The position numbers and the translations under genes were made by a program. Below are positions 1-8,654 of a DNA stretch of 34,072 bases, one piece after another (positions within the stretch are counted from its first letter, which is position 1; each line of letters starts with the position of its first letter). The DNA is taken from the sequence record SRR20825019_1848; one strand, given 5' to 3'. The notes beneath the pieces are model-generated. The model was not told the origin of the DNA and made no database searches. It saw only the letters and a list, made by a program, of their open reading frames with translations.

Positions 1-828
1 CGCAACGATGATCTTGCTGTCCTTCATGCCGGCAAGGTGCTGGATCGCACCCGAAATACCAACGGCAATATAAAGCTCAGGCGCCACGATTTTACCGGTT
101 TGGCCAACCTGATAATCGTTTGGCACAAAGCCAGCATCCACAGCGGCGCGGGATGCACCAACGGCGGCGCCAAGCTTGTCAGCCACAGCTTCAATGATCT
201 TGAAGTTTTCGCCGGAGCCCATGCCGCGACCACCAGAGATGATGATTTTGGCGGAGGTCAGTTCAGGACGGTCAGATTTCGAAAGCTCGGAACCCACATA
301 TTCGGACACGCCTGCCTTGCCGGCTGCTGCGATATTTTCAACGGTGGCAGAACCACCTTCAGCGGCTGCCTTGTCAAACGCCGTGCCGCGCACGGTGATG
401 ACTTTTTTGGCGTCAGACGACTGCACGGTTGCGATGGCGTTGCCAGCGTAAATCGGGCGCTTGAAAGTGTCTTCAGACACGACTTCAATAATGTCCGAAA
501 TCTGGGCAACATCAAGAGATGCGGCTACGCGCGGCAGGAAGTTCTTGCCTGATGTCGTGGCTGGCGCGAGGATCGCGTCATAATCACCAGCGATAGACAG
601 CACCACGGCTGCCAGCTCTTCCGCCAGCGGATGCGCATAAGCGGCATCATCGGCCACCAGCACTTTGGACACACCGTCGATTTTCGCGGCAGCTTCAGCG
701 ACCCCGCCGCAGCCGGAGCCCGCAACAAGCGCGTGCACGTCACCAAAAGCTTTGGCCGCGGTTACGGTTGCGAGCGTTGCGTCTTTCACCGACGCGTTAT
801 CGTGTTCAACAATTACGAGAGCGGTCAT
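1..828 (-). CDS. etfA: Electron transfer flavoprotein alpha subunit (3'-truncated by window edge; absent from the ORF track)
   Basis: Manual translation from ATG at 828: [37 protein letters not shown]...RPELTSAKIIISGGRGMGS...GASRAAVDAGFVPNDYQVGQTGKIVAPELYIAVGISGAIQHLAGMKDSKIIVA. These are hallmark EtfA FAD-binding motifs. The start overlaps the etfB stop (TAATG). Confidence 0.97.
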   Translation of the reverse strand, partial: MTALVIVEHDNASVKDATLATVTAAKAFGDVHALVAGSGCGGVAEAAAKIDGVSKVLVADDAAYAHPLAEELAAVVLSIAGDYDAILAPATTSGKNFLPRVAASLDVAQISDIIEVVSEDTFKRPIYAGNAIATVQSSDAKKVITVRGTAFDKAAAEGGSATVENIAAAGKAGVSEYVGSELSKSDRPELTSAKIIISGGRGMGSGENFKIIEAVADKLGAAVGASRAAVDAGFVPNDYQVGQTGKIVAPELYIAVGISGAIQHLAGMKDSKIIVA

Positions 829-1574
829 TAGATTACTCCCTTTTCTTTAAGCTTGGCGACAAGGGCTTCAACGCTTTCAACTTTGATGCCGGCTTCGCGT
901 TTTGGCGGCTCTTCAACTTTCAGGGTTTTAAGGCGCGTTGCCATATCAACCCCGAAGTCTTCCGGCTTCTTCTCATCAATCGGCTTGCGTTTCGCTTTCA
1001 TGATGTTCGGCAGCGATGCATAGCGCGGCTCGTTAAGGCGAAGGTCGGTGGTGATCACGGCCGGAAGCTTCAGCTTCACGGTTTCAAGCCCGCCGTCAAC
1101 CTCACGGGTGACATTGACGCTGTCGCTATCGGCCACCACTTCGCTGGCGAAGGTGCCTTGCGGCCAGCCAAGCATTTGCGCGAGCATCTGGCCGGTCTGG
1201 TTACAGTCATCATCAATGGCCTGTTTGCCGAGAAGCACGATGCCGGGCTCTTCTTCTTCCACAATAGCCTTGAGGATTTTCGCAACCGCGAGCGGCTCGC
1301 TCTCGCCGTCATGCTCAACGAGGATGCCGCGATCTGCGCCCATGGCAAGGCCTGTGCGCAGGGTTTCCTGTGCGGCTTTGGGGCCGATGGAAACAACAAC
1401 AATTTCGTCTGCCTTACCGGCTTCCTTCAACCGGATTGCTTCTTCAACAGCAATCTCGTCAAAAGGGTTCATGGACATTTTAACATTGGCGAGTTCGACG
1501 CCGGTATTGTCCGATTTTACGCGAACTTTCACGTTGTAATCGACTACCCGTTTGACGGGGACCATGATCTTCAT
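828..1574 (-). CDS. etfB: Electron transfer flavoprotein beta subunit
   Basis: [66 protein letters not shown]: canonical EtfB. Confidence 0.98.
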   Translation of the reverse strand: MKIMVPVKRVVDYNVKVRVKSDNTGVELANVKMSMNPFDEIAVEEAIRLKEAGKADEIVVVSIGPKAAQETLRTGLAMGADRGILVEHDGESEPLAVAKILKAIVEEEEPGIVLLGKQAIDDDCNQTGQMLAQMLGWPQGTFASEVVADSDSVNVTREVDGGLETVKLKLPAVITTDLRLNEPRYASLPNIMKAKRKPIDEKKPEDFGVDMATRLKTLKVEEPPKREAGIKVESVEALVAKLKEKGVI

Positions 1575-1751
1575 GGGGTTCTCTCTCCCATTATTGTGCA
1601 GGGCAACAAAGCCCGGGGAACCTATGTTGACAAAGCCGAGGCGAAAATGGCCCCAGCCCTTGGAAAATTTAGGGGTACAAAGCGTTAAACCAGATAAAAA
1701 CCCGAGTCAATGCAGTGCAGCAAAAACCGGATTTTCGGTGCGGACAACACG

Positions 1752-2318
1752 TTACCGATTACCGCCTGGCACCCACAAAACGTCACCTGAACCTTTTTTG
1801 TTCAGATACCTTGAGAGGACAAATAGGTGGTCGGACAGCCGATTCAAATATTTTATCGCTGCCGGGTTGATTGGCATGGTGCGGCTTGCGGTGATTGTCT
1901 TCCGCTCCGCGCGCCGCACAAGGGTGCGCGCGAGGTGCAGGTGCGCCGCTGCGGGTGTGCCGCCGGGCAGTACAAAACTGGTGAGTGCTGAGAGGTCTGC
2001 ATTCAGCGCATCAATCTCTTCCTCAAGCCGGGTGACCTGCGCGTCTGTGATCCTGAGTGTCATCTCACTAGGCGTGAAATCCTCACCGGGAGTTGAGAGG
2101 TCAGCGCCCAGGTCGAACATATCGTTCTGGATACGCATGAGCATGGTATCCGGCACGCCTTCGGTGGTGAGGCGCACGATACCAATGGCGGCGTTGGCTT
2201 CATCCACGGTGCCGTAAGCCTCGATACGGGCGTCATCTTTCGCCACACGATCCCCGCCGGTGAGGGAGGTTTGTCCGCCGTCGCCGCCGCGCGTGTATAT
2301 TCTGGTGAGCTTGACCAT
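1752..2318 (-). CDS. pduO: PduO-type cob(I)alamin/cob(I)yrinate adenosyltransferase
   Basis: IYTRGGDGGQT, RIEAYGTVDEAN, FVLPGG, ARTLVRRAER and YLNRLSDHLFVLSR motifs; usual position upstream of etfB. Confidence 0.95.
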   Translation of the reverse strand: MVKLTRIYTRGGDGGQTSLTGGDRVAKDDARIEAYGTVDEANAAIGIVRLTTEGVPDTMLMRIQNDMFDLGADLSTPGEDFTPSEMTLRITDAQVTRLEEEIDALNADLSALTSFVLPGGTPAAAHLHLARTLVRRAERKTITASRTMPINPAAIKYLNRLSDHLFVLSRYLNKKGSGDVLWVPGGNR

Positions 2319-2507
2319 CTAGCTTGAGAAGGCCCACAGCACAAAACAAAGGATAGCGAGCGCCTGACACGCAACCCGCGCCTGCATCAGCTTGTTGCCG
2401 TATTTTTTGTTAAAATCGCCGCCCTTGGACATGCCACCAACACCCACAAAAAATACCGCGAGCGTGATGAACATAAAAAGGAGGCCGAGGAAAAACAGGA
2501 AGTTCAT
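2319..2507 (-). CDS. Twin-transmembrane small protein (HIG1-like)
   Basis: 62 aa with two hydrophobic helices and an NKLMQARVACQ motif; stop directly abuts the pduO start. Confidence 0.88.
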   Translation of the reverse strand: MNFLFFLGLLFMFITLAVFFVGVGGMSKGGDFNKKYGNKLMQARVACQALAILCFVLWAFSS

Positions 2508-2796
2508 GGGGAGACCTTTGCCAGTTATTTTCGCCCACTATAAACCTATGGAGCGTGACCACAAGCCCGGACAGATTGACGCAGGCCATGCCTGTTTTTG
2601 GTCGCTTCGGGTGTAGCGACATAACTTTTGGCATAAGTAATTAGATGTAAATTACAATCAACGATTACAAAGGTATATGCTTTACGTTTCATTTACGCTA
2701 TGGTGATCGTTCAAGTCGATTGGGGTGGCAGGCGGTAGAGTTTGTGTGCGAGTGGTGGCATGTCACATATGGCCCTTGGGGCAGATGGAGATGAAC

Positions 2797-3408
2797 ATGA
2801 CGAACAGAACCCGTAAGTCAACCATCGGGCGCACGCTGGCAACTGTGGCCACAAGTGTTGGCGCTATGGTGATAGCAAGCACAGCCACACAAGCAGCAGG
2901 CAAGCTGGACGTTGTGTGCGCGCAACCCCTTCAAACCGAGGAAGTACGTGACCTGTTGGCCATGCCCATCAGCGAAACCTCGGTGATGAATGATGATACG
3001 CTGCGCGGCTATCATATGTTTGTGCGCGAGCTACGGCACCATTCAAAAGACCGGGTTGAAGATATGGTTTTGGGCAACTGGGACTTCCGACTGGAGCTGA
3101 AGTCAAGCGATGTTGCTTTGATAACAGATGCCAATGCTGAGGTGATCGACAGCCTTGATTTCGATTCCCGGCGTCGTCGCCCTGTGACTATCGGGTATGA
3201 AGGCTCGCAGGGAGGTGCCATGTCGTTCCGCCCAAGCAAGTCTATCCCTACATATTATTTTGCCAGTGCGGATGTACCAGACCGCTACTATAAGTTTCAG
3301 GAAGGCGCAAAGGGCATGCCGTATCTTCTTTATGTGCGGGAGGCGACCTCAAAAGATCCGATCGCTTTTTCTACCAGAATTTACACCTGCGCAAAAACCG
3401 GCAGCTAG
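2797..3408 (+). CDS. Hypothetical exported protein
   Basis: GGAG at 2787-2790 precedes ATG 2797. N-terminus MTNRTRKSTIGRTLATVATSVGAMVIASTATQA looks like a signal peptide. Followed by a terminator. No family recognised. Confidence 0.7.
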   Translation: MTNRTRKSTIGRTLATVATSVGAMVIASTATQAAGKLDVVCAQPLQTEEVRDLLAMPISETSVMNDDTLRGYHMFVRELRHHSKDRVEDMVLGNWDFRLELKSSDVALITDANAEVIDSLDFDSRRRRPVTIGYEGSQGGAMSFRPSKSIPTYYFASADVPDRYYKFQEGAKGMPYLLYVREATSKDPIAFSTRIYTCAKTGS

Positions 3409-3446
3409 GTCCACAGGCTAAGCTGTCGAAATACCGAAAACAGATG

Positions 3447-3476
3447 AAGGCTCCGCTGCATAGCGGGGCCTTTTTT
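3447..3476 (+). terminator. Rho-independent terminator
   Basis: AAGGCTCCGCT-GCAT-AGCGGGGCCTT followed by a T run, between convergent genes. Confidence 0.8.
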
Positions 3477-4329
3477 ATGGTGTCAACGCTGCCATCAACG
3501 CGGTGGGGTCAACCCCCGCTGTTCTTAGGCTTTCAAGCGTGACGGACTTGTTGCGTTTTGCAAACCGCTGGCCGCCTTCATCCAGCATAAGCCCGTGATG
3601 AAGATAGACGGGTGTGGGGTAGCCAAAGAGACGTTGCAGTACCACATGAATATGGGTGGCGTGGAACAGGTCTTCCCCCCTGATGATATGGGTGATGGAT
3701 TGCAGCGCGTCGTCCACCACCACACTCAGATGATAGCTTGTTGGTGTATCCTTGCGGGCCAGTACCACATCGCCAAGCTCTTCCGGTGTGGCGCGGATCA
3801 CGCCCTTCACCTCATCCAGCCACTCTAGGGGCTCACCGATGAGTTTGAGAGCAGCCTCAAGGTCAAGCCGCCAGGCGTGGGGCGTGCCTGCGGCAGTCTT
3901 CGCCGTGCGTTCGGCCCCGCTCAAATGCCTGCATATGCCGGGGTAGATCGGCCCGTCCGGCCCATGGGGCGCGGAGGCTGATTTGGTGATCTCGGCCTCA
4001 ATATCCTTGCGGGTACAGAAACACGGGTAAGCAAGCCCTTTGGCCTTCAGTTCCTGAAGTGCGACCTGATAGTCGTCAAAATGTTGGCTCTGCTGGCGCA
4101 CAGGCTCTTCCCATGTGAGGCCAAGCCATTTGAGGTCTTCAAAAATACCGTCCGTAAACTCGGGTTTGCAGCGGGTGGTATCGATATCCTCGATACGCAG
4201 CAGGAAACGCCCGCCACGCGTCTTGGCATAGCGGTATGCCATCAGCGCCGAATAAGCATGGCCCTTGTGCAGCCTTCCCGTGGGGCTGGGCGCAAAGCGC
4301 GTGACGCATGTGGGGTCTGGCCTGTTCAT
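3475..4329 (-). CDS. gluQ: tRNA glutamyl-Q(34) synthetase (GluQ-RS)
   Basis: TRFAPSPTGRLHKGH (HIGH-like), LLRIEDID, Zn site CFC...Y...C, YHLSVVVDD, IIRGEDL, RFAKR (KMSKS-like). At 284 aa it lacks an anticodon-binding domain. Confidence 0.93.
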   Translation of the reverse strand: MNRPDPTCVTRFAPSPTGRLHKGHAYSALMAYRYAKTRGGRFLLRIEDIDTTRCKPEFTDGIFEDLKWLGLTWEEPVRQQSQHFDDYQVALQELKAKGLAYPCFCTRKDIEAEITKSASAPHGPDGPIYPGICRHLSGAERTAKTAAGTPHAWRLDLEAALKLIGEPLEWLDEVKGVIRATPEELGDVVLARKDTPTSYHLSVVVDDALQSITHIIRGEDLFHATHIHVVLQRLFGYPTPVYLHHGLMLDEGGQRFAKRNKSVTLESLRTAGVDPTALMAALTP

Positions 4330-4386
4330 GGGCGCAGCTTAGGAAAGCCGTGGCTGAAAGAAAACAAGAAACACGCGAGGCACCCT

Positions 4387-4998
4387 TTAGGGGCGCAGAA
4401 GCCCATGGAGGGCAGTGTCAAGCAGTCTGTCCATCGCGGCTTTATCAAGCGGTTTTTGTTCCATCAACAGGCGGTAAAACACCGCACCAAACATCATATC
4501 AAGCGCGAGCTGCATATCGGCACCATCGCGGAGCAGGCCATTTGCCTCCGCACGGCTCAGTTCAGCTGCGGCTTCGCTTCTGCGGGTGCGAATGAAATGG
4601 CTGCGGAAGGCTTTTGAAACCTCGCTGTCCTCATTGGCTGCGGCCAACATCATGGCTACATAACGGCCTGTGGTGCTGGCGAATGTTTCTGCAATGCGGT
4701 GTAGCACAGCCCGAAGCGCTTCAATCGGGTCGTCGGCCACCGGCGCTTCTGCCTCGTTGCTTGGAGCTGTTTCCATCAGCGCGGCCATCACCAGCTCATG
4801 CGCGTTGGCCCAGTAGCGGTAGATGGTGGGCTTGCCCACGCCCGCGCGCGTTGCCACGGCCTCAATCGTCACGCCGGGCACGCCGTTTTCGCGGGTTAGT
4901 TCTGCCGTGGCTTTGAGGATAGCCGACCGGGTCTTTTCGCTTCTCGGGCGGCCACGGGCCGGTTTCCCGGTGTCTTGATTTTTTGGGCTCTTTGCCAT
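4387..4998 (-). CDS. TetR/AcrR family transcriptional regulator
   Basis: RGRPRS...VTIEAVATRAGVGKPTIYRYW helix-turn-helix; divergent from the VOC gene. Confidence 0.93.
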   Translation of the reverse strand: MAKSPKNQDTGKPARGRPRSEKTRSAILKATAELTRENGVPGVTIEAVATRAGVGKPTIYRYWANAHELVMAALMETAPSNEAEAPVADDPIEALRAVLHRIAETFASTTGRYVAMMLAAANEDSEVSKAFRSHFIRTRRSEAAAELSRAEANGLLRDGADMQLALDMMFGAVFYRLLMEQKPLDKAAMDRLLDTALHGLLRP

Positions 4999-5020
4999 GC
5001 TGCTTGACTCGTTTTCTTAA

Positions 5021-5038
5021 TTACGTTACGTAACGTAA
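5021..5038. promoter_or_regulatory. Perfect 18-bp palindrome, probable TetR operator
   Basis: TTACGTTACGTAACGTAA between the divergent tetR and VOC genes, next to TTGACT (5004-5009). Confidence 0.75.
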
Positions 5039-5109
5039 CATAAATGATTCGCTCGATCAAGCGGAAGCGGGCGAAGAGCCAGAGCAATGACATTACAGAG
5101 GAGCAGGCC

Positions 5110-5586
5110 ATGAGTGACGACAGCAAAAATAAAGGCGGGGCGGTAAAACTCGTCAGTACTTATCTGACCGTGAAAGACGCGAAGAAGGCTTTGGCGTTCT
5201 ACGGGGAGGCTTTCGGTGCGCGGGAGGTTTTCCGCCTTGAGGGACCGGACGGTGTGATCGGCCACGCCGAATTCATGATCGGTGATACGCTCTTGCAAAT
5301 CGCCGATGAGTATCCCGATTTTGGCGCGCTCAGCCCCGTCACCATTGGCGGGTGTCCGGTGAAGTTCACCGTTGAGGTCGAGGATGCGCAAGCGGCGTTT
5401 GACCGTGCGGTGGCAGCAGGGTGCCAGTCCATGCGCGGTGTGGAGAAGCAGTTTTATGGCTATCTTTCCGGCCTTGTGGCGGACCCGTTTGGGTACAGCT
5501 GGTTCCTGCAGCAGAAGGTTGAAGACCTGAGTGCGGAGGAGATGCAGGTGCGCTGGAAAGCTGTGTTTGAAGAAGGTGGGGCATAA
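5110..5586 (+). CDS. VOC family (glyoxalase/bleomycin-resistance, PhnB-like) protein
   Basis: YLTVKDAKKALAFYGEAFGA, HAEFMIGD, QFYG...DPFGYSW. Start chosen at ATG 5110 after GAGGAG. Confidence 0.9.
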   Translation: MSDDSKNKGGAVKLVSTYLTVKDAKKALAFYGEAFGAREVFRLEGPDGVIGHAEFMIGDTLLQIADEYPDFGALSPVTIGGCPVKFTVEVEDAQAAFDRAVAAGCQSMRGVEKQFYGYLSGLVADPFGYSWFLQQKVEDLSAEEMQVRWKAVFEEGGA

Positions 5587-5820
5587 GCCCCCCTTCCACT
5601 ATCTGACGAAGGCAAAAATGAATCATTCCCCCAGCATTTTCCTGATTCTTTTACCTGATCCGGCACAAGATAAAGCTTTGTCATTAAGGCGTAACACTGT
5701 ATCTTGATTCTCGGACGTGTCGGAGTTGATGCCCATCAGGGCGGGACCGACGGTGGACGTCGGTTCCCAGTATGATCAGGTTGTGTATAAGTCACGACGA
5801 TCAGTTAGGGGGACAGGAAC

Positions 5821-6393
5821 ATGGGTGTTAATTTTGCACCCCATTTGCCTTCGCCGGATAGTTGCCCGGCCTTGGTGCTGAACGCCGATTACCGGCCGCT
5901 CAGCTATTTTCCGCTCAGCCTGTGGAACTGGCAAACGGCACTGAAGGCCGTTTTCCTCGACCGGGTAAACATTCTTTCACAATATGAACGTCAGGTGCAT
6001 TCACCTTCTACGGCAATCCATCTGCCGAGCGTGATTGCGCTCAAAAAATATGTGCGCCAGCCGCGCTATCCGGCTTTCACACGGTTTAACCTTTTCCTGC
6101 GTGATGAATTTACCTGCCAGTATTGCGGCGCAACGGAAGACCTGACCTTTGATCATGTGATCCCGCGCACTTATGGCGGCCGTACAAGCTGGACGAATAT
6201 TACCGCCGCCTGCGCGCCGTGCAATTTGAGGAAGGGTGGCCGCACGCCCGAAGAAGCCAGCATGTTTCCCATGCGCTGGCCCCATAGGCCCACCAATCAG
6301 GAGCTGCATGCAAGTGGTCGCCAATTCCCGCCAAATTATCTGCATGAAAGTTGGCGGGATTTTCTTTATTGGGATGCCGAGCTGGAGCAATAG
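5821..6393 (+). CDS. HNH endonuclease (McrA-like, Zn-binding)
   Basis: LVLNADYRPLS N-terminus, CQYCG, TFDHVIPR...NITAACAPCNLRKG. Confidence 0.93.
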   Translation: MGVNFAPHLPSPDSCPALVLNADYRPLSYFPLSLWNWQTALKAVFLDRVNILSQYERQVHSPSTAIHLPSVIALKKYVRQPRYPAFTRFNLFLRDEFTCQYCGATEDLTFDHVIPRTYGGRTSWTNITAACAPCNLRKGGRTPEEASMFPMRWPHRPTNQELHASGRQFPPNYLHESWRDFLYWDAELEQ

Positions 6394-6551
6394 GCCGGTT
6401 TAGCTGTCGCGATATGCGTGAGCGCTGGGCGCCGAACCTCATACAGGATGTGTGAGGTAATGGCTGTCGCGTCATCAAGCGGGTATCATGCTTGTATCAG
6501 TGTGCGCTGGGGGTATGGCGCACCTTCCTAGATTATGGGTTGGAGCAATAA

Positions 6552-7271
6552 ATGACAAATATATGGGGAAAGTTGTGGGCGCTTATGGCGGCTTGTTTTT
6601 TGTGTGCGGGCGGCAGTGTTGTGGTCAAGGCGCAGGACGGCTGTGATGGTGCCATTACCCTTGATCATGTGGTGTATGCGGTGCCAGATTTGGCGGCCTA
6701 TGCCTTGCGCTTTGAAGCCCTCACAGGTGTGAAGCCGGTATATGGCGGCGCGCACAGCAATGGTGTAACCGCCAACTATCTGGCGCAGCTCGGGCCCTGT
6801 ACTTATCTCGAAATCGCAGGGCCGAAAGAGGGCGTCACACCTGATATGATGGGCGAGCGTGCCGCCACTTATGCCCATGCACATATTGCGGGTTTTGCGC
6901 TTGGCATGCGAAGCGCTGATGAAGCACCCGCCCTGTTGCAGGCTCAAGGCCTAGAGCTGGGTGAGGTACGCGAAGGTGGCAGGCAGAAACCTGACGGCAC
7001 GAGCCTGAGCTGGCGCACAGTATCCCTCTCAGGCTTAAACTGGGGCGACAATACCTTCCAGTTCGCGATTGAGTGGATGACAGAGCCGCACCCTGCCATG
7101 ACATCACCGTCGGGCACGGAGATAGAGGCCCTTGTGCTAGGCGGGCCGTCTGCAAAAACGCTACATGGTCTTGCTGAGGCTTATGGGTTGCCGTTTGAGT
7201 TAGACAGCGCAGAAGCCCCTGAGCTCACGCTCATCCTGAACACCCCAAACGGCAGGGTTGAACTGCGCTGA
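6552..7271 (+). CDS. VOC/glyoxalase-like domain protein with putative signal peptide
   Basis: LDHVVYAVPDL, GVKPVYGGAH...GVTAN, YLEIAGP, GGRQKPDG.LSW, IEW...HPA (glyoxalase-like). Hydrophobic N-terminus ending VKA|Q. Confidence 0.85.
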   Translation: MTNIWGKLWALMAACFLCAGGSVVVKAQDGCDGAITLDHVVYAVPDLAAYALRFEALTGVKPVYGGAHSNGVTANYLAQLGPCTYLEIAGPKEGVTPDMMGERAATYAHAHIAGFALGMRSADEAPALLQAQGLELGEVREGGRQKPDGTSLSWRTVSLSGLNWGDNTFQFAIEWMTEPHPAMTSPSGTEIEALVLGGPSAKTLHGLAEAYGLPFELDSAEAPELTLILNTPNGRVELR

Positions 7272-7295
7272 TTGTACTTGTACGCGGCGGTTTGT

Positions 7296-7442
7296 TTATC
7301 CCGCAATAAAGCCCAGTAATATGCAAAGCCCGGCTGCGGCCAATATCCAGCGCCAGATATGCGCGGAATCTGCCGCCGGCTGTTCGTAAGCGGTCTTGAT
7401 CTCGGGTGAATTTACCTCGGTTGCTATCGTCTCGTGTCGCAT
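7296..7442 (-). CDS. Small (48 aa) C-terminally anchored membrane peptide
   Basis: MRHETIATEVNSPEIKTAYEQPAADSAHIWRWILAAAGLCILLGFIAG; GGGG upstream of the ATG; one C-terminal hydrophobic helix. Confidence 0.55.
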   Translation of the reverse strand: MRHETIATEVNSPEIKTAYEQPAADSAHIWRWILAAAGLCILLGFIAG

Positions 7443-7485
7443 GGTTGTTGCCCCGGTTTTATCGTGGGCAAGACTATACGATGGG

Positions 7486-7510
7486 ATAGCTGACAATAAT
7501 TGTCAGCTAT
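7486..7510. promoter_or_regulatory. Perfect inverted repeat (12-1-12), probable transcription-factor site
   Basis: ATAGCTGACAAT-A-ATTGTCAGCTAT, 43 bp upstream of the small-peptide ATG. Confidence 0.7.
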
Positions 7511-7539
7511 GATTTGGATTTGGGTTTTAAGAGACGGCG

Positions 7540-8145
7540 TTAAACCCGCTTGGAGATCCAGATCGCGGTACGGCACCCGGCCTTGATGAGGCCGGACAGC
7601 AGGGGGTAGCCGGTGGCGTCTTCGGCCCCGTGGGCTTTCGCGATTTCCATATGCTCCACCTCTTCCGCCTGGAAGGTCTCAATCACTTCTTCAAGCTCAT
7701 GGTCACGGTGGGCATCGTCGCGCGCGGCGAGGCTGTCGCGCTGGTGCTGGTAATGGTCGTCGATCACTTCTTCCACGGCGGCGGTGCAGGCCATGGCGGC
7801 TTTCTCACCCATTAGCGCCGTGGTGGCCCCAAGCGCAAACCCGGCCACATGCCAGAAAGGCGCCATAAGGGTCGGGCGCACGCCGCGCTCAGTGATCATT
7901 TTGTTGAAGCGGGCGAGGTGAACCTCTTCCTGCTCATACATATGCTTGAAAAGCCCGGCGCGCGGGTGGCCTTCACCCAGCACGGCGCGCTGGCCCGCAT
8001 AAATGCGCACGGCACCAAATTCGCCCGCGTGGTCCACCCGCAGCATGCGCTCTGTCTCCGCCGTATAACCACGGTCACCGGGCAGCGGGCGTGCCGGTGT
8101 CTGTCTCTCGGTAGTGGCTTTATGTGTTGGCTCGGTTTTGCTCAT
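7540..8145 (-). CDS. coq7: Demethoxyubiquinone hydroxylase (Coq7 di-iron family)
   Basis: MLRVDHAGEFGAVRIYAGQ, EEVH, AMACTAAVEEVIDDHY and EEVEH di-iron motifs. Confidence 0.95.
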   Translation of the reverse strand: MSKTEPTHKATTERQTPARPLPGDRGYTAETERMLRVDHAGEFGAVRIYAGQRAVLGEGHPRAGLFKHMYEQEEVHLARFNKMITERGVRPTLMAPFWHVAGFALGATTALMGEKAAMACTAAVEEVIDDHYQHQRDSLAARDDAHRDHELEEVIETFQAEEVEHMEIAKAHGAEDATGYPLLSGLIKAGCRTAIWISKRV

Positions 8146-8150
8146 CGGCT

Positions 8151-8636
8151 TCAGGCATCTTTGGCTTTTTTCAACATAAACAGGGTCATCCCTGTTGCGA
8201 TAAGGAAATTATAACCCGCCATTGATATACCAAACAAGGACCATGCTATTTCGTCGCACCTCACAACGGGCGCGTTCATGATGGCGTCAAGCGCGTCATC
8301 AACGCTGCCGCCCATATTCACATAACCTGAACAGGTGGCGAGACCTTCCCACCATTTCTGCTCCACCCCAAAATGGAAGGCAGCGATGCCTGCGTCTAAA
8401 GCGAACAGAAGCGCGAGCACTATGAGCACCAACCCCTGCGGCAACGCGCGCATGGCTTTGCCAACAAGGGCAACCGCAATCACACCCATATAGGGGTAAC
8501 GTTGCCACCAGCACAGCTCACACGGCGGATAGCCCGCATATTGGAAGGCAAACGCACTCAAGAGAAGCGCCGCCGCCACTAGGCCAGCAAAAAGCACGGG
8601 CTCACGGTTAGGCAGGGACATAAGGGATGACGCCAT
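8151..8636 (-). CDS. dsbB: Disulfide bond formation protein B family
   Basis: PCELCWWQRYPY, four TM helices, second Cys pair (TCSG, VRCD), SLFGISMAGYN. Confidence 0.92.
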   Translation of the reverse strand: MASSLMSLPNREPVLFAGLVAAALLLSAFAFQYAGYPPCELCWWQRYPYMGVIAVALVGKAMRALPQGLVLIVLALLFALDAGIAAFHFGVEQKWWEGLATCSGYVNMGGSVDDALDAIMNAPVVRCDEIAWSLFGISMAGYNFLIATGMTLFMLKKAKDA

Positions 8637-8654
8637 GAGTTCTCTCCTGAACGC

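Noticed and set aside
37-2217. Long plus-strand ORFs (37-552, 768-1688, 1552-2217)
   Set aside because: Antisense shadows of etfA, etfB and pduO, with no motifs of their own.
2576-2589. Possible FNR box upstream of the HIG1-like gene
   Set aside because: Only one half-site (TTGAC) matches.
5726-5739. FNR-like TTGAT-GCCC-ATCAG upstream of the HNH gene
   Set aside because: One mismatch, and about 9 bp too far from the TATGAT -10 for class II geometry.
5821-6393. HNH nuclease as a defence system or mobile homing element
   Set aside because: Standalone, host-like composition, no methylase, repeats or Cas genes; resembles the common chromosomal alphaproteobacterial HNH.
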